From NCBI GenBank assembly GCA_041644975.1, contig JBAZQX010000006.1, positions 9,761-73,760 on the forward strand: DNA of 64,000 bases, written 5' to 3'. Origin of the DNA: Candidatus Doudnabacteria bacterium (GTDB taxonomy: Bacteria > Patescibacteriota > JAQUNI01). Both the position numbers and the translations under genes were made by a program. This document shows positions 49,743-57,809 of the stretch, piece by piece (position 1 is the first letter of the stretch; every line of letters starts with the position of its first letter). Below the pieces are notes generated by a model. The model searched no databases, was not told the DNA's origin, and worked only from the letters and a program-made list of their open reading frames with translations.

Positions 49743-50810
49743 CTATAAAAGCAGGTCGTCAAAAAAATTATCGCTTATTACGGGCTTTTGTCTAACCTTC
49801 AGATAAGAAGAAGTATTTGCTTTAGCTTTAGCATAATCAAAAGCTTCTTCTACTGTTGCTGGCTCGTTTCCTTCTACCCCGACATAATCATGGACATCTG
49901 CTAAACCTTGCAACATTCCTTCATTGACAAAATAACGGGTGAACACTCCTTCGCCATCTTTGATTCCGTCTCCATCCACATCTTCTCCGGCAGTTGAATA
50001 AACATAAGCTGATTGAGTTTCTCCGGTTGCCATAGAAACTACTCTTCCAACGCTTGCCACATCGTTCATTCCGCCAGCAAGGCAAGAGTCAAAAATAAAA
50101 GCAATCCTTTTAGTAGTAAAACCATCAAACCAATTCCTTAATTCTCCGTCCCATATGTAAGTTATATTATTAGCCTCGGTGTTCCAGACAACAATGCCTT
50201 CATCTGTGAGTTCATCGTCTCCGTCCATAGCTGTCCCTTTTGTTCCGTGTCCGCTGAAAAAGAATACCACTTCATCATCGGGATTTACTGCCTTGCTTTT
50301 TATTGTCATTACAGCATTAGAAATATTCCCATAAGTAGGAATTCCGGCAAGGATATATTCTCCAATAGAGTTCTTAAAACCCGTCAGACCTCCCCCATCT
50401 TTAAACAACCAAATATTCTCTGATTCATATCCGTAAAGCTCGGTAAGAGCTTTATACATATGCAGTGAATCTCCATCGGATTGGCAGAGGTCAAGGTTTG
50501 TGCCGGGATAATCACAAATTCCGATTATCACCGCATATTTATTACCCGTTGCCGGCGCGCCCAAAACTCCAGTAGCTACGCTCCCCGTTTTAGGAGAAGG
50601 AGAAGGTTTGCCCTTTCCCTTGCCCACATCTTCAGAAAAAACTTTCTTTACTATTTCTATATTAGTAGCAGGAATAGGTTTGGGCACTTCTCTATTTGGA
50701 CCCTGCTGTTTTTCAGACGGCGCCGCTTGAGAAACTAAAACTCCAGATAAACTCAGAGTTAATCCGAATATCGCTATACCAGATACTAAAATACTTAATC
50801 CTTTTTTCAT
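49743..50810 (-). CDS. secreted caspase-like peptidase (C14 family)
   Basis: Signal peptide; His in FFSGHGT and Cys in IFDSCLAGG form the caspase catalytic dyad pattern. Confidence 0.65.
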   Translation of the reverse strand: MKKGLSILVSGIAIFGLTLSLSGVLVSQAAPSEKQQGPNREVPKPIPATNIEIVKKVFSEDVGKGKGKPSPSPKTGSVATGVLGAPATGNKYAVIIGICDYPGTNLDLCQSDGDSLHMYKALTELYGYESENIWLFKDGGGLTGFKNSIGEYILAGIPTYGNISNAVMTIKSKAVNPDDEVVFFFSGHGTKGTAMDGDDELTDEGIVVWNTEANNITYIWDGELRNWFDGFTTKRIAFIFDSCLAGGMNDVASVGRVVSMATGETQSAYVYSTAGEDVDGDGIKDGEGVFTRYFVNEGMLQGLADVHDYVGVEGNEPATVEEAFDYAKAKANTSSYLKVRQKPVISDNFFDDLLL

Positions 50811-51034
50811 GTTTTATGTTTTTAATTAAATTGTAAATACTCGACCTTTTAGTTAAGGATTTTTCTCTTAACCTATATTAAAATTTTAATATATTTTTTG
50901 TAGAAAAACAATAAATTATTAGGGCTTGGAAAGTTCACAACACGGGCATTGGGATCAGGTCTTGAATTGTGCCAGGGCGCCATACTTCGCTAAGGGCGAA
51001 GCGGGCGCGGTCGCTTGTTGCTCCATTCTAATCT

Positions 51035-51108
51035 TGGCAGGCCCTGAGGGAGTCGAACCCCCGACTGTGGTTTTGGAGACCACCGTTTTACCGCTAAACT
51101 AAGGACCC
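51035..51108 (-). tRNA. tRNA-Trp (anticodon CCA)
   Basis: GGTCTCCAAAACC anticodon arm (loop CTCCAAA), G73, encoded CCA. Confidence 0.85.
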
Positions 51109-51115
51109 ATTGCAA

Positions 51116-51361
51116 TTATAAGATTTTTAATCTTTTCAATAATCCGTGATGTGCAGAGCCAAATTGTTTGAGTTTATGTTCGCGTTCTTTGGCAAGTTCC
51201 TCGCTAGAATAAGCTTCATAATAAACTAATTTTAAATTGAACATCTTTTTTGTTGTGAATACCTTCTGATTCTTGTGCTCGCTTATTCTACGCCGTAAAT
51301 CCCTGGAATATCCAATGTATATTTTTTTATTGCCATCTTTCAAAAGGTAAACATAGAACAT
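51116..51361 (-). CDS. GIY-YIG nuclease-domain protein (short, YhbQ-like)
   Basis: 81 aa: YVYLLKDGNKKIYIGYSRDLRRRISEH matches GIY-X10-YIG with conserved Arg and Glu. Confidence 0.75.
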   Translation of the reverse strand: MFYVYLLKDGNKKIYIGYSRDLRRRISEHKNQKVFTTKKMFNLKLVYYEAYSSEELAKEREHKLKQFGSAHHGLLKRLKIL

Positions 51362-51375
51362 ATTTTTACATTTGT

Positions 51376-51478
51376 TTTGGACCCAGCCCTTCGCGATGGG
51401 CTGGGTTCGCGAAGGGCTGGGTGGAGACCGTCGTTATACCACTTACCCAGCCTCTCGCGAGAGGCTGGGTTAACTACA
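51376..51478. repeat. family D palindromic repeats (ccagcccttcgcgaagggctgg)
   Basis: Related copy at 54395-54460. Confidence 0.55.
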
Positions 51479-51499
51479 CCCCCGAAAAACAATTTTTAA

Positions 51500-51620
51500 T
51501 TCTTAATTTTTAAATAAATCCCAATTTCTAATAACCAATAACCAAGATCATTTTAGACATTAGACATTGGATATTGGGAATTAGTTAGAATAATTAGGTC
51601 AATTAGAATAATTAGAATAA
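51500..51620. repeat. inverted partial copy of the 46736-46880 AT-rich element
   Basis: ttttagacattagacattggatattggga ... aattaggtcaattagaataattagaataatt. Confidence 0.5.
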
Positions 51621-51623
51621 TTC

Positions 51624-51785
51624 TTATTTCTTCACTTCTTTATGCAAGATGTGCTTGCGGCAGTGGCGGCAGTATTTTTTTAATTCCAGTTTTTTCGCCT
51701 GCGGATCTTTCTTGTTGCGGCGGGTGAAATAATTGATATTCTTGCACGCCGTGCATTGCAGACGGACTAAAGTCTTTTGGGGCAT
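51624..51785 (-). CDS. rpmG: 50S ribosomal protein L33
   Basis: 53-aa ORF not in the supplied track: [53 protein letters not shown], with the L33 zinc-ribbon CxxC...CxxC pattern. Confidence 0.8.
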   Translation of the reverse strand: MPQKTLVRLQCTACKNINYFTRRNKKDPQAKKLELKKYCRHCRKHILHKEVKK

Positions 51786-51861
51786 AATAGTAAAATCAAA
51801 ATTTAAAAATCGCTCCGTCGCTAAAACTTTGAAGCGTCAACGACAAAATGCAAAATAATAT

Positions 51862-51917
51862 GAGATTGCCTGCCCGCTAATAGCTTCGCATAGCGAGGCG
51901 GGCGGGCTCGCAATGAC
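51862..51917. repeat. family B core repeat
   Basis: gagattgcctgcccgctaatagcttcgcatagcgaggcgggcgggctcgcaatgac. Confidence 0.6.
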
Positions 51918-51930
51918 ATAGAAGAGACTG

Positions 51931-52223
51931 AGCCGATGACCGGATTTGAACCGGTGACCTACTCCTTCACTTATACCTCTTTTTTCCTTTTAAAAAAAGC
52001 ACTTATAAGAGGGTTAGACTGTATCTTAAGCATATCTTAAAAAAGACTTAGCTCTTCTTGGCAGTCGTTCGGGCGTTGTCTGAAAAAATTAAAATAACGC
52101 CACGGTCTGAACCTTGTGCCAGGTCTTTAACCGTTATTCGAAAGCACTATAGGGATTTCTCCCAAAGTGGGCAGGTTTAAAGCGAACTACCATGGAGTTG
52201 CTCTACCACTGAGCTACATCGGC
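51931..52223 (-). tRNA. tRNA-Thr (anticodon GGU) interrupted by a 221-nt insertion in the anticodon loop
   Basis: 5' exon 52189-52223 (GCCGATG TA GCTC AGTGGTA GAGC A ACTCC ATGGT) and 3' exon 51931-51967 (AA GGAGT AGGTC ACCGG TTCAAAT CCGGT CATCGGC T) reconstitute a canonical cloverleaf with loop ATGGTAA. Confidence 0.65.
51968..52188 (-). ncRNA. putative group I intron (221 nt) between tRNA positions 36 and 37
   Basis: Follows U36 and ends in G; contains GGGAGAAATCCC GNRA-capped hairpin, P7-like GACTG/CAGTC pairing and an S-like element aagatacagtctaa (compare AAGAUAUAGUCC). Confidence 0.4.
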
Positions 52224-52633
52224 AACGAATTAAAATTGATTAAGGACTCTAGACACCATCGATTTATTATTTTCTTTAATTTGGTATTGCAAACATAAAT
52301 ACTTAAGGTGCCATATTGACTTTTATTCTTATAACTGCCCCCCTTCCCTTTTCTAATCTGAACATTTTTTAATTGATCTCTGCTTATACCTGTATTCTTC
52401 CGCCAAAAATCAATGGCCTTATTTACATCAACATCATCAAAAATATTCAATTCTGCTTTGATTTTTGATTCCCTAACGCCGCAAATTTTTCGCAAAAACA
52501 TCAAAAATGTGTTTAATATTTTAGGGTCAGTATTTGCTAGTTTAATGTGGCCTTTATCTCTTTTATCCCCCTCTCCGAGGTATAAACCAATTCCTAAATA
52601 AAACAAGCTTAATTCTGTATCGCCCTTTACCAA
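52214..52633 (-). CDS. LAGLIDADG-type homing-endonuclease-like protein (single motif)
   Basis: LSLFYLGIGLYLGEGDK resembles the LAGLIDADG motif; 139 aa with I-CreI-like spacing; TTG start as listed (start uncertain); 3' end overlaps the tRNA-Thr 5' end by 10 nt. Confidence 0.45.
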   Translation of the reverse strand: MVKGDTELSLFYLGIGLYLGEGDKRDKGHIKLANTDPKILNTFLMFLRKICGVRESKIKAELNIFDDVDVNKAIDFWRKNTGISRDQLKNVQIRKGKGGSYKNKSQYGTLSIYVCNTKLKKIINRWCLESLINFNSLPM

Positions 52634-52945
52634 TCGAACTTTAAAGGGATCGCCGTGAATATTACGTTTAACATAAGTAGCTTCACTTTTGTGATCTTCT
52701 TGGAATCTGATATTTTTGCATCCAATAAACTACTGTCTTATACCCCCAACCATTATCTTTGGCTATTTCCATCATTGATAGACCCTTTTTATATAATTTT
52801 TCCAATCTTTGTCTTTGTATCATACTATCAACTTAAGCTCTCCATGTAAAACGGAATAAGGAATTAGGAATAAATAAAAAACAAATATGGAACTACCAAT
52901 TGATATTCCTAATTCATTATTCCCAATTCCTGATTCCTAATATTG

Positions 52946-53028
52946 TGGGGAGAGCAGGATTTGAACCTGCGTAGCCCGAAGGCGCGAGTTTTACAGACTC
53001 GAGCAATTGACCACTCTGCCATCTCCCC
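52946..53028 (-). tRNA. tRNA-Tyr (anticodon GUA)
   Basis: Anticodon stem CGAGT/ACTCG with loop CTGTAAA; long variable arm; GGGGAGA/TCTCCCC acceptor. Confidence 0.85.
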
Positions 53029-53119
53029 AAACTCAATTGTTCTATTGTTCAATCGCTCTATTGCTAAAATACAACAATCAAACAATGAAACAATTGAACA
53101 ATAGAACAATAAAGTTGTG

Positions 53120-53157
53120 AGCCGACTGTCGGATTTGAACCGACGACCTACTGTTTA
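53120..53157 (-). repeat. duplicated 3' half of tRNA-Thr(UGU) (anticodon loop to 3' end)
   Basis: gagccgactgtcggatttgaaccgacgacctactgtttac versus the genuine 3' half gagccagcggtcggatttgaaccgacgacctactgtttac; only the acceptor arm differs. Confidence 0.6.
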
Positions 53158-53174
53158 CCCCCCACCTTTCCGCC
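53158..53174. repeat. 17-nt arm ccccccacctttccgcc (family G), complementary to 53247-53263
   Basis: Together the two arms enclose the complete tRNA-Thr(UGU) gene. Confidence 0.6.
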
Positions 53175-53177
53175 AAG

Positions 53178-53249
53178 AGCCAGCGGTCGGATTTGAACCG
53201 ACGACCTACTGTTTACAAAACAGTTGCTCTGCCACTGAGCTACGCTGGC
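53178..53249 (-). tRNA. tRNA-Thr (anticodon UGU)
   Basis: GCCAGCG TA GCTC AGTGGCA GAGC A ACTGT TTTGTAA ACAGT AGGTC GTCGG TTCAAAT CCGAC CGCTGGC T. Confidence 0.85.
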
Positions 53250-53287
53250 GGAAAGGTGGGGGGCTCTACCACTCAGGCTACCTCGGC
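53247..53287 (-). repeat. second 17-nt arm ggcggaaaggtgggggg plus a degenerate tRNA 5'-half fragment
   Basis: gctctaccactcaggctacctcggc resembles the 5' half of tRNA-Thr(GGU) (gctctaccactgagctacatcggc at 52201-52223). Confidence 0.5.
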
Positions 53288-53381
53288 AAAAGGGAATAAT
53301 GAATCAGGAATTATGAATGAGGAAAATTATGAATAAAAAAAATAATTCATTATTCTCCAATTACCAATTACAGATTACTGA

Positions 53382-54335
53382 TTACTGATTGCCTTTAATT
53401 TTCCTCTGTTTCTCTAAAAGCTCAAGATATTGATAATTACCCGGATATGCTTTCACCAGTTCTTCATAAGTTCTCACTGTCTTATCAATATTGTTCTGAT
53501 TGCGATACATCTTGCCTAGTTCTAAGTAAAAATACTCTTTGGCGCGGTTATTTTTAATCGCCCGGCGATAAATTTTTTCCGCCTCCTTCATCTTGCCTTC
53601 TCCGGTATAAGCCAACCCCAATTTTCTGTAAATATCAACTTCATCCGCTCTCCTTTTCAAGGCTTCTCGAAAAGAAGATTCGGCATCGCGGAAATTTCCC
53701 TGCTCAAAATAAAGAGTGCCCAATATTTTGTAAACTTGGGCATTTTTAGGACTCTTGCGAATGACGGAAAAACAAATCTTTTCTGCCGCTTTGAAGTGTT
53801 TTATTTTAACAGCATTTTGAGCATCGGTCAACAACTCTTCCAAACTTAATTCTTTTCGCTCTTCCCGCTCTAAAGGCGCGGAAGGAATTTCCACTTTGAC
53901 CTCTCTGGCTTTGAACCCTTGGGACATAAATGGTTTCGGCCTTCTTAACCCCCGCGCTTCTTGCTCGTCATCTGCCCGCATCAATGTTTCTTCCCGCTGA
54001 ATTTTTTCATTTTGACGCGGCATCTTTTGCCTATTTTCCCTTCTCGCCTCAATTAGTCCCTTGATTCCACCTCCCAAGGCTTTCAGTCCCCTCCCGCATA
54101 AAACCAAAATCTTTTCCCCCGCTCTTCCGCCCTTCCGAGCAATGGATAAAATAAAATACCCTATACGAGGCAGACCCGCTTTTAAAACCGCTAAAATTGT
54201 TTTTCTATTCTTTCTTGACTCTGATACCGCATCTATTTTTAATTCTCGGACCTCGGGCAACTTCCGACCTAAAATCACAATAATACCCGCCAGCGCTAAA
54301 ACAATTACGAATTGAGGAATTATCTCGTAAGTCAT
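53382..54335 (-). CDS. TPR-repeat protein with N-terminal membrane anchor
   Basis: N-terminal TM; C-terminal tetratricopeptide-like repeats (YFYLELGKMYRNQNN, AESSFREALKRRADEV ...). Confidence 0.6.
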   Translation of the reverse strand: MTYEIIPQFVIVLALAGIIVILGRKLPEVRELKIDAVSESRKNRKTILAVLKAGLPRIGYFILSIARKGGRAGEKILVLCGRGLKALGGGIKGLIEARRENRQKMPRQNEKIQREETLMRADDEQEARGLRRPKPFMSQGFKAREVKVEIPSAPLEREERKELSLEELLTDAQNAVKIKHFKAAEKICFSVIRKSPKNAQVYKILGTLYFEQGNFRDAESSFREALKRRADEVDIYRKLGLAYTGEGKMKEAEKIYRRAIKNNRAKEYFYLELGKMYRNQNNIDKTVRTYEELVKAYPGNYQYLELLEKQRKIKGNQ

Positions 54336-54497
54336 TATTGTATAATGGTTTAAAGTGAAGGTCCTTAAAGAATGGAATTTGGATTTTAATTTTGCCGCCG
54401 CGCCCGCTTTTTGGAGCCCTTCTCCAGCCCCTCGCGAGGGGCTGGATTCGCGAAGAAGGGCTCCATTTCACCCTAGATAAACCTCTCTTAGGGGCGG

Positions 54498-55319
54498 TCA
54501 TTTCCTTGCGCAAGCCCTGTTAGTGAGATTCTCTACTACAGGGCAAGGGATCTCAATTTCTGTCCCGTCCTGATTCAACTTAACTTTAATTTTCTGCGCC
54601 AAAAGGTTGCGACTGACAACTATCCCCTTGCCTTGAGGAGTATTAACCACTTCATTAATTTCTGGCATCTGACGAGCCAGTTCTTCATACATATCCGCTT
54701 CGTAAGAAAGACAGCACTTTAAACGTCCACACAGTCCGGAATTTTTTTCACTGCCCTTATGGGTCATCTCTTGCATTCTAGCCATATCCGTGGTGACGCT
54801 TTTCAATTCCTCCAAGAAACGGCTGCAACAGATTTCGCGACCGCACATCCCATAACCACCCACTACTTTCGCGCCATCTCTGGAGCCAACTTGCTGCAAG
54901 CGAATTGATTTCTGGAAATGATGCGTCAAATCCTTCAAAAGATTGCGAAAATCAATCCGTCCCTCCGCCGTAAAAGCAAAAGTAATACGGCTGCCATCCA
55001 AAGCAAAATGGACATCCACTAGTTTCATCGTGAGTTTATATTCTTTGATTTTCTCTTGAAAAATTTTGACCGCCTCATCCTTCTTGGCTTCATAATATTT
55101 AATCTTTTCCAGATCGGTATTGACCGCTTTTCTTAAAACCGGCTTCAAGGCCGCCACCGATTTTTCCTCCGCGCTCTCTCTTACATAAAGCACTCTCCCC
55201 AACTCCAACCCCTGTTCTGTTTCCACAATCACAGCATCATTTTCTCTTAAATTCAAATCCCGCGGATTGAATTCCTCCGGCACCCCCCAAGATTTAATTT
55301 TGACATTTACCACCTGCAT
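54498..55319 (-). CDS. PSP1 C-terminal domain protein (RicT/YaaT-like)
   Basis: GMCGREICCSRF and GLCGRLKCCLSYE Cys motifs characteristic of the PSP1/YaaT family. Confidence 0.75.
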   Translation of the reverse strand: MQVVNVKIKSWGVPEEFNPRDLNLRENDAVIVETEQGLELGRVLYVRESAEEKSVAALKPVLRKAVNTDLEKIKYYEAKKDEAVKIFQEKIKEYKLTMKLVDVHFALDGSRITFAFTAEGRIDFRNLLKDLTHHFQKSIRLQQVGSRDGAKVVGGYGMCGREICCSRFLEELKSVTTDMARMQEMTHKGSEKNSGLCGRLKCCLSYEADMYEELARQMPEINEVVNTPQGKGIVVSRNLLAQKIKVKLNQDGTEIEIPCPVVENLTNRACARK

Positions 55320-55335
55320 ATTCTAAGGAAAAGAT

Positions 55336-55923
55336 TTAGATTTCAAATTTGATAAACTCCCCCACCTCAATCTTCTCGCCTAACTTCAATATTTTTTCCT
55401 GCACCAATGCTTGAATACTCATCTCTGGGTTCTGAAAAAATGGTTGCGCAAGAAGAGAAATCCCTTCCTGATATTTCTTTAATTTTCCTGCCACAATCTT
55501 CTCTTTGACCTGCCGCGGTTTCTTTTCCATTTTAAGCTCTCCTAAAATGATTTCCTTTTCTTCTTTGATTTTTTCCGCGGGGATGTCTTCTGGATGAACA
55601 TAAAGCGCGCCCGCGGCCAAAACCTGCATTGCCAAGAGATGAGCTAACTCTTGAAATTCCTTATTTCGCGCCACAAAATCACTCTCGCAATAGACCTTGA
55701 TGAGAGAAGCTACCTTGCCATTATTGTGGACATAACAGCCAATCACGCCTTCATGCGCGGTCCGATTTCCTTTCTGCCTCGCAATCTTCTGTCCTTTTTT
55801 CCTTAATATTTTTTCTGCCTCCTTTAAATCGCCATCCGCCTCGCAAAGCGCTTTTTTGCAATCCATCATTCCCGCACCCGTCATTTCCCTTAATTTTTGA
55901 ATAGAAATGATTGCTATTTTCAT
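55336..55923 (-). CDS. tsf: translation elongation factor Ts
   Basis: N-terminal UBA-like motif LREMTGAGMMDCKKAL; immediately downstream of rpsB. Confidence 0.85.
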   Translation of the reverse strand: MKIAIISIQKLREMTGAGMMDCKKALCEADGDLKEAEKILRKKGQKIARQKGNRTAHEGVIGCYVHNNGKVASLIKVYCESDFVARNKEFQELAHLLAMQVLAAGALYVHPEDIPAEKIKEEKEIILGELKMEKKPRQVKEKIVAGKLKKYQEGISLLAQPFFQNPEMSIQALVQEKILKLGEKIEVGEFIKFEI

Positions 55924-55935
55924 TTTTTAATTTAT

Positions 55936-56643
55936 TCAAGAAGGTTTTATGGTTTTTAAATTTTTTTGAACCTCGGTAATAGCCTCGCCTACCTTTGCAC
56001 AGACAACTTCAATCCCCCGAATAGCGTCATCATTGCCAGGAATGGGATAATCAATAAGTTCGGGGTTGCCGTTAGTATCCACTAAAGCAATAATAGGCAC
56101 TTTCTTTCTCCGCGCTTCAAGCACCGCGTTCTTTTCCCTCACCACATCAATAATGAAAATCGCTTGAGGAAATCCGTTCAAGGTTTTTAGCCCCCCAACC
56201 ATTTCCGTGAGTTTCTTTTTTTCTCGAGCAAGGGCTAAACATTCTTTTTTTGTATATTTTTTCCATTCCCCTTCTTTCTCTTCTTCTTCCAGCTTTTTTA
56301 GCCTCTCTACCTTTTGATGAATAACATCAAAATTGGTAAAAGTGCCTCCCAACCATCTTTTTACCACATACGGCATTCGCGTTTTGAGGGCTGTTTCTCG
56401 GATAATCTCTTGGGCTTGTTTTTTACTGCCTAAAAATAAAATTTGACCCCCGCGAGAGACTATTTCCTGAACAAAATGTAAAACCTCTCCCAACTTTTCT
56501 TGCGTCTTCTGTAAATCAATAATTGAAATTCCATTCCGCACGGTAAAAATATAAGGCTCCATCTTGGGATGCCTTTTAGACTTTTGATGACCAAAATGCA
56601 ATCCCGCTTCCAGCATTTTAACAATTAAGTTTTCATTCTCCAT
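55936..56643 (-). CDS. rpsB: 30S ribosomal protein S2
   Basis: MLEAGLHFGHQ N-terminus and the full S2 pattern. Confidence 0.95.
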   Translation of the reverse strand: MENENLIVKMLEAGLHFGHQKSKRHPKMEPYIFTVRNGISIIDLQKTQEKLGEVLHFVQEIVSRGGQILFLGSKKQAQEIIRETALKTRMPYVVKRWLGGTFTNFDVIHQKVERLKKLEEEEKEGEWKKYTKKECLALAREKKKLTEMVGGLKTLNGFPQAIFIIDVVREKNAVLEARRKKVPIIALVDTNGNPELIDYPIPGNDDAIRGIEVVCAKVGEAITEVQKNLKTIKPS

Positions 56644-56852
56644 AAATAATTTCCAAAAATATAAATTAACCCTTCACTAAAGTTCAGGCCGTTCAGGCTC
56701 TGAAGAGCCTTCAGGCTCGAAGAGATGCCAAATAAATCCGAAACATTAAGAGACTCCGCATCTCCTATTTTTCACAAAGTATTATATTTAAAGTTTCAAA
56801 TTGCTGTTTAAGCCCTCCTTCTCGCCTTTCAGGAACTCAAGGGGTTCCCCAG

Positions 56853-57020
56853 AGCCAATTATAAGCGAGGTTTGAAGGATGTCGCTCGCGAACGACTATC
56901 CTGAAATTGGCTATTCGGTCGAAATGAAAATTCCATTTTTATTCCTGCCTTCTAGAGCCAATTATAAGCAGAGCTTGAAATTCTTGTTCGGTCTAAATGA
57001 AAGTTGACTTTCATTTATTC
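56853..57020. repeat. two ~80-bp direct repeat units, the first embedding a family C palindrome
   Basis: agagccaattataagc(g/a)ag ... ttcggtc(g/t)aaatgaaa(a/g)tt occurs twice; unit 1 contains aaggatgtcgctcgcgaacgactatcc. Confidence 0.5.
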
Positions 57021-57065
57021 CTCACTGCGAATTATAGCATATAAAAAAATTTAATCAAGGGGAGC

Positions 57066-57234
57066 AAACCCCATTAAAGAACTTCATTCTTTAACGGTTT
57101 TCGCTGACACCGTTAGATGTTTACTATCTAACGGGGTCAGCATCTATATTTTTCCACCATCGACTTTGTCGACGTGTCCCGTTACAAATTCATTTGTAAC
57201 GGGATGAACTTTCTCTAACGGGGTAAAAAAACCG
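57066..57234. mobile_element. family A MITE-like element (long form)
   Basis: aaaccccattaaagaacttcattctttaacgg ... ccaccatcgactttgtcgacg ... ctttctctaacggggtaaa. Confidence 0.6.
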
Positions 57235-57324
57235 TTTGGAAAACTTTGGAGAGGTTATAAAAGCCGAGAAATCTTGCTTAAATTCATTTTTTATATTATA
57301 TTAATCTCATAGTAATTAACTTCT

Positions 57325-57585
57325 ATGAAAGAAAAAATTCACCCTCAATACGGCAAATCAATTGTGGCTTGTTCCTGTGGCAATACTTTTGAAACTGGCT
57401 CCGTGGTTCCAGAAATTCACGTGGAGATCTGTTCGGCGTGCCATCCATTTTACACAGGGAAAAAGAAACTCGTGGACGAAGCGGGAAGGGTGGAACGTTT
57501 TGAGAAAATCATGGCTAAAACGAAAAACATCAAAAAAATGAAAAAAACAAAAAAGGTAAAAAAAGGCGGAAAAGGTAAAAGATAA
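57325..57585 (+). CDS. rpmE: 50S ribosomal protein L31
   Basis: MKEKIHPQY ... CSCGNTF ... [11 protein letters not shown] zinc-binding L31 pattern. Confidence 0.9.
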   Translation: MKEKIHPQYGKSIVACSCGNTFETGSVVPEIHVEICSACHPFYTGKKKLVDEAGRVERFEKIMAKTKNIKKMKKTKKVKKGGKGKR

Positions 57586-57597
57586 ATATTTGTTTTG

Positions 57598-57702
57598 ACC
57601 CCGTTAGAAACATGCCCCGCAGCTAGGCTAGCGGTTAATGTAGAAATATAGATAACTCGTGCGGTTGGGTTTCATGCCCCGCGCGAGTTTCTAACGGGGT
57701 TG
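57598..57702. mobile_element. family A-related element (divergent)
   Basis: gaccccgttagaaacatgccccgc ... catgccccgcgcgagtttctaacggggttgac. Confidence 0.5.
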
Positions 57703-57809
57703 ACTAAATTTGGCTGTGAATAGTAGGGGCGGACCAGTGTGTCCGCCCGATTTCGAGTTAACACAGATCGCGGGTTGACACATGGGTCAACCCCTACAAT
57801 TTCATCTTT

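Noticed and set aside
51968-52188. Alternative reading of the 221-nt tRNA-Thr insertion as another MITE copy
   Set aside because: Not fully excluded. It was kept as an intron candidate because it lacks the terminal motifs of families A-F, sits precisely between anticodon positions 36 and 37 after a U, ends in G, and carries GNRA and P7-like elements. It needs covariance-model confirmation.
53030-53117. Possible tRNA-Gly between tRNA-Tyr and tRNA-Thr(UGU), as in the E. coli thrU-tyrU-glyT-thrT cluster
   Set aside because: The interval is an AT-rich palindrome (ttgttctattgttcaat...attgaacaatagaacaa) with no cloverleaf.
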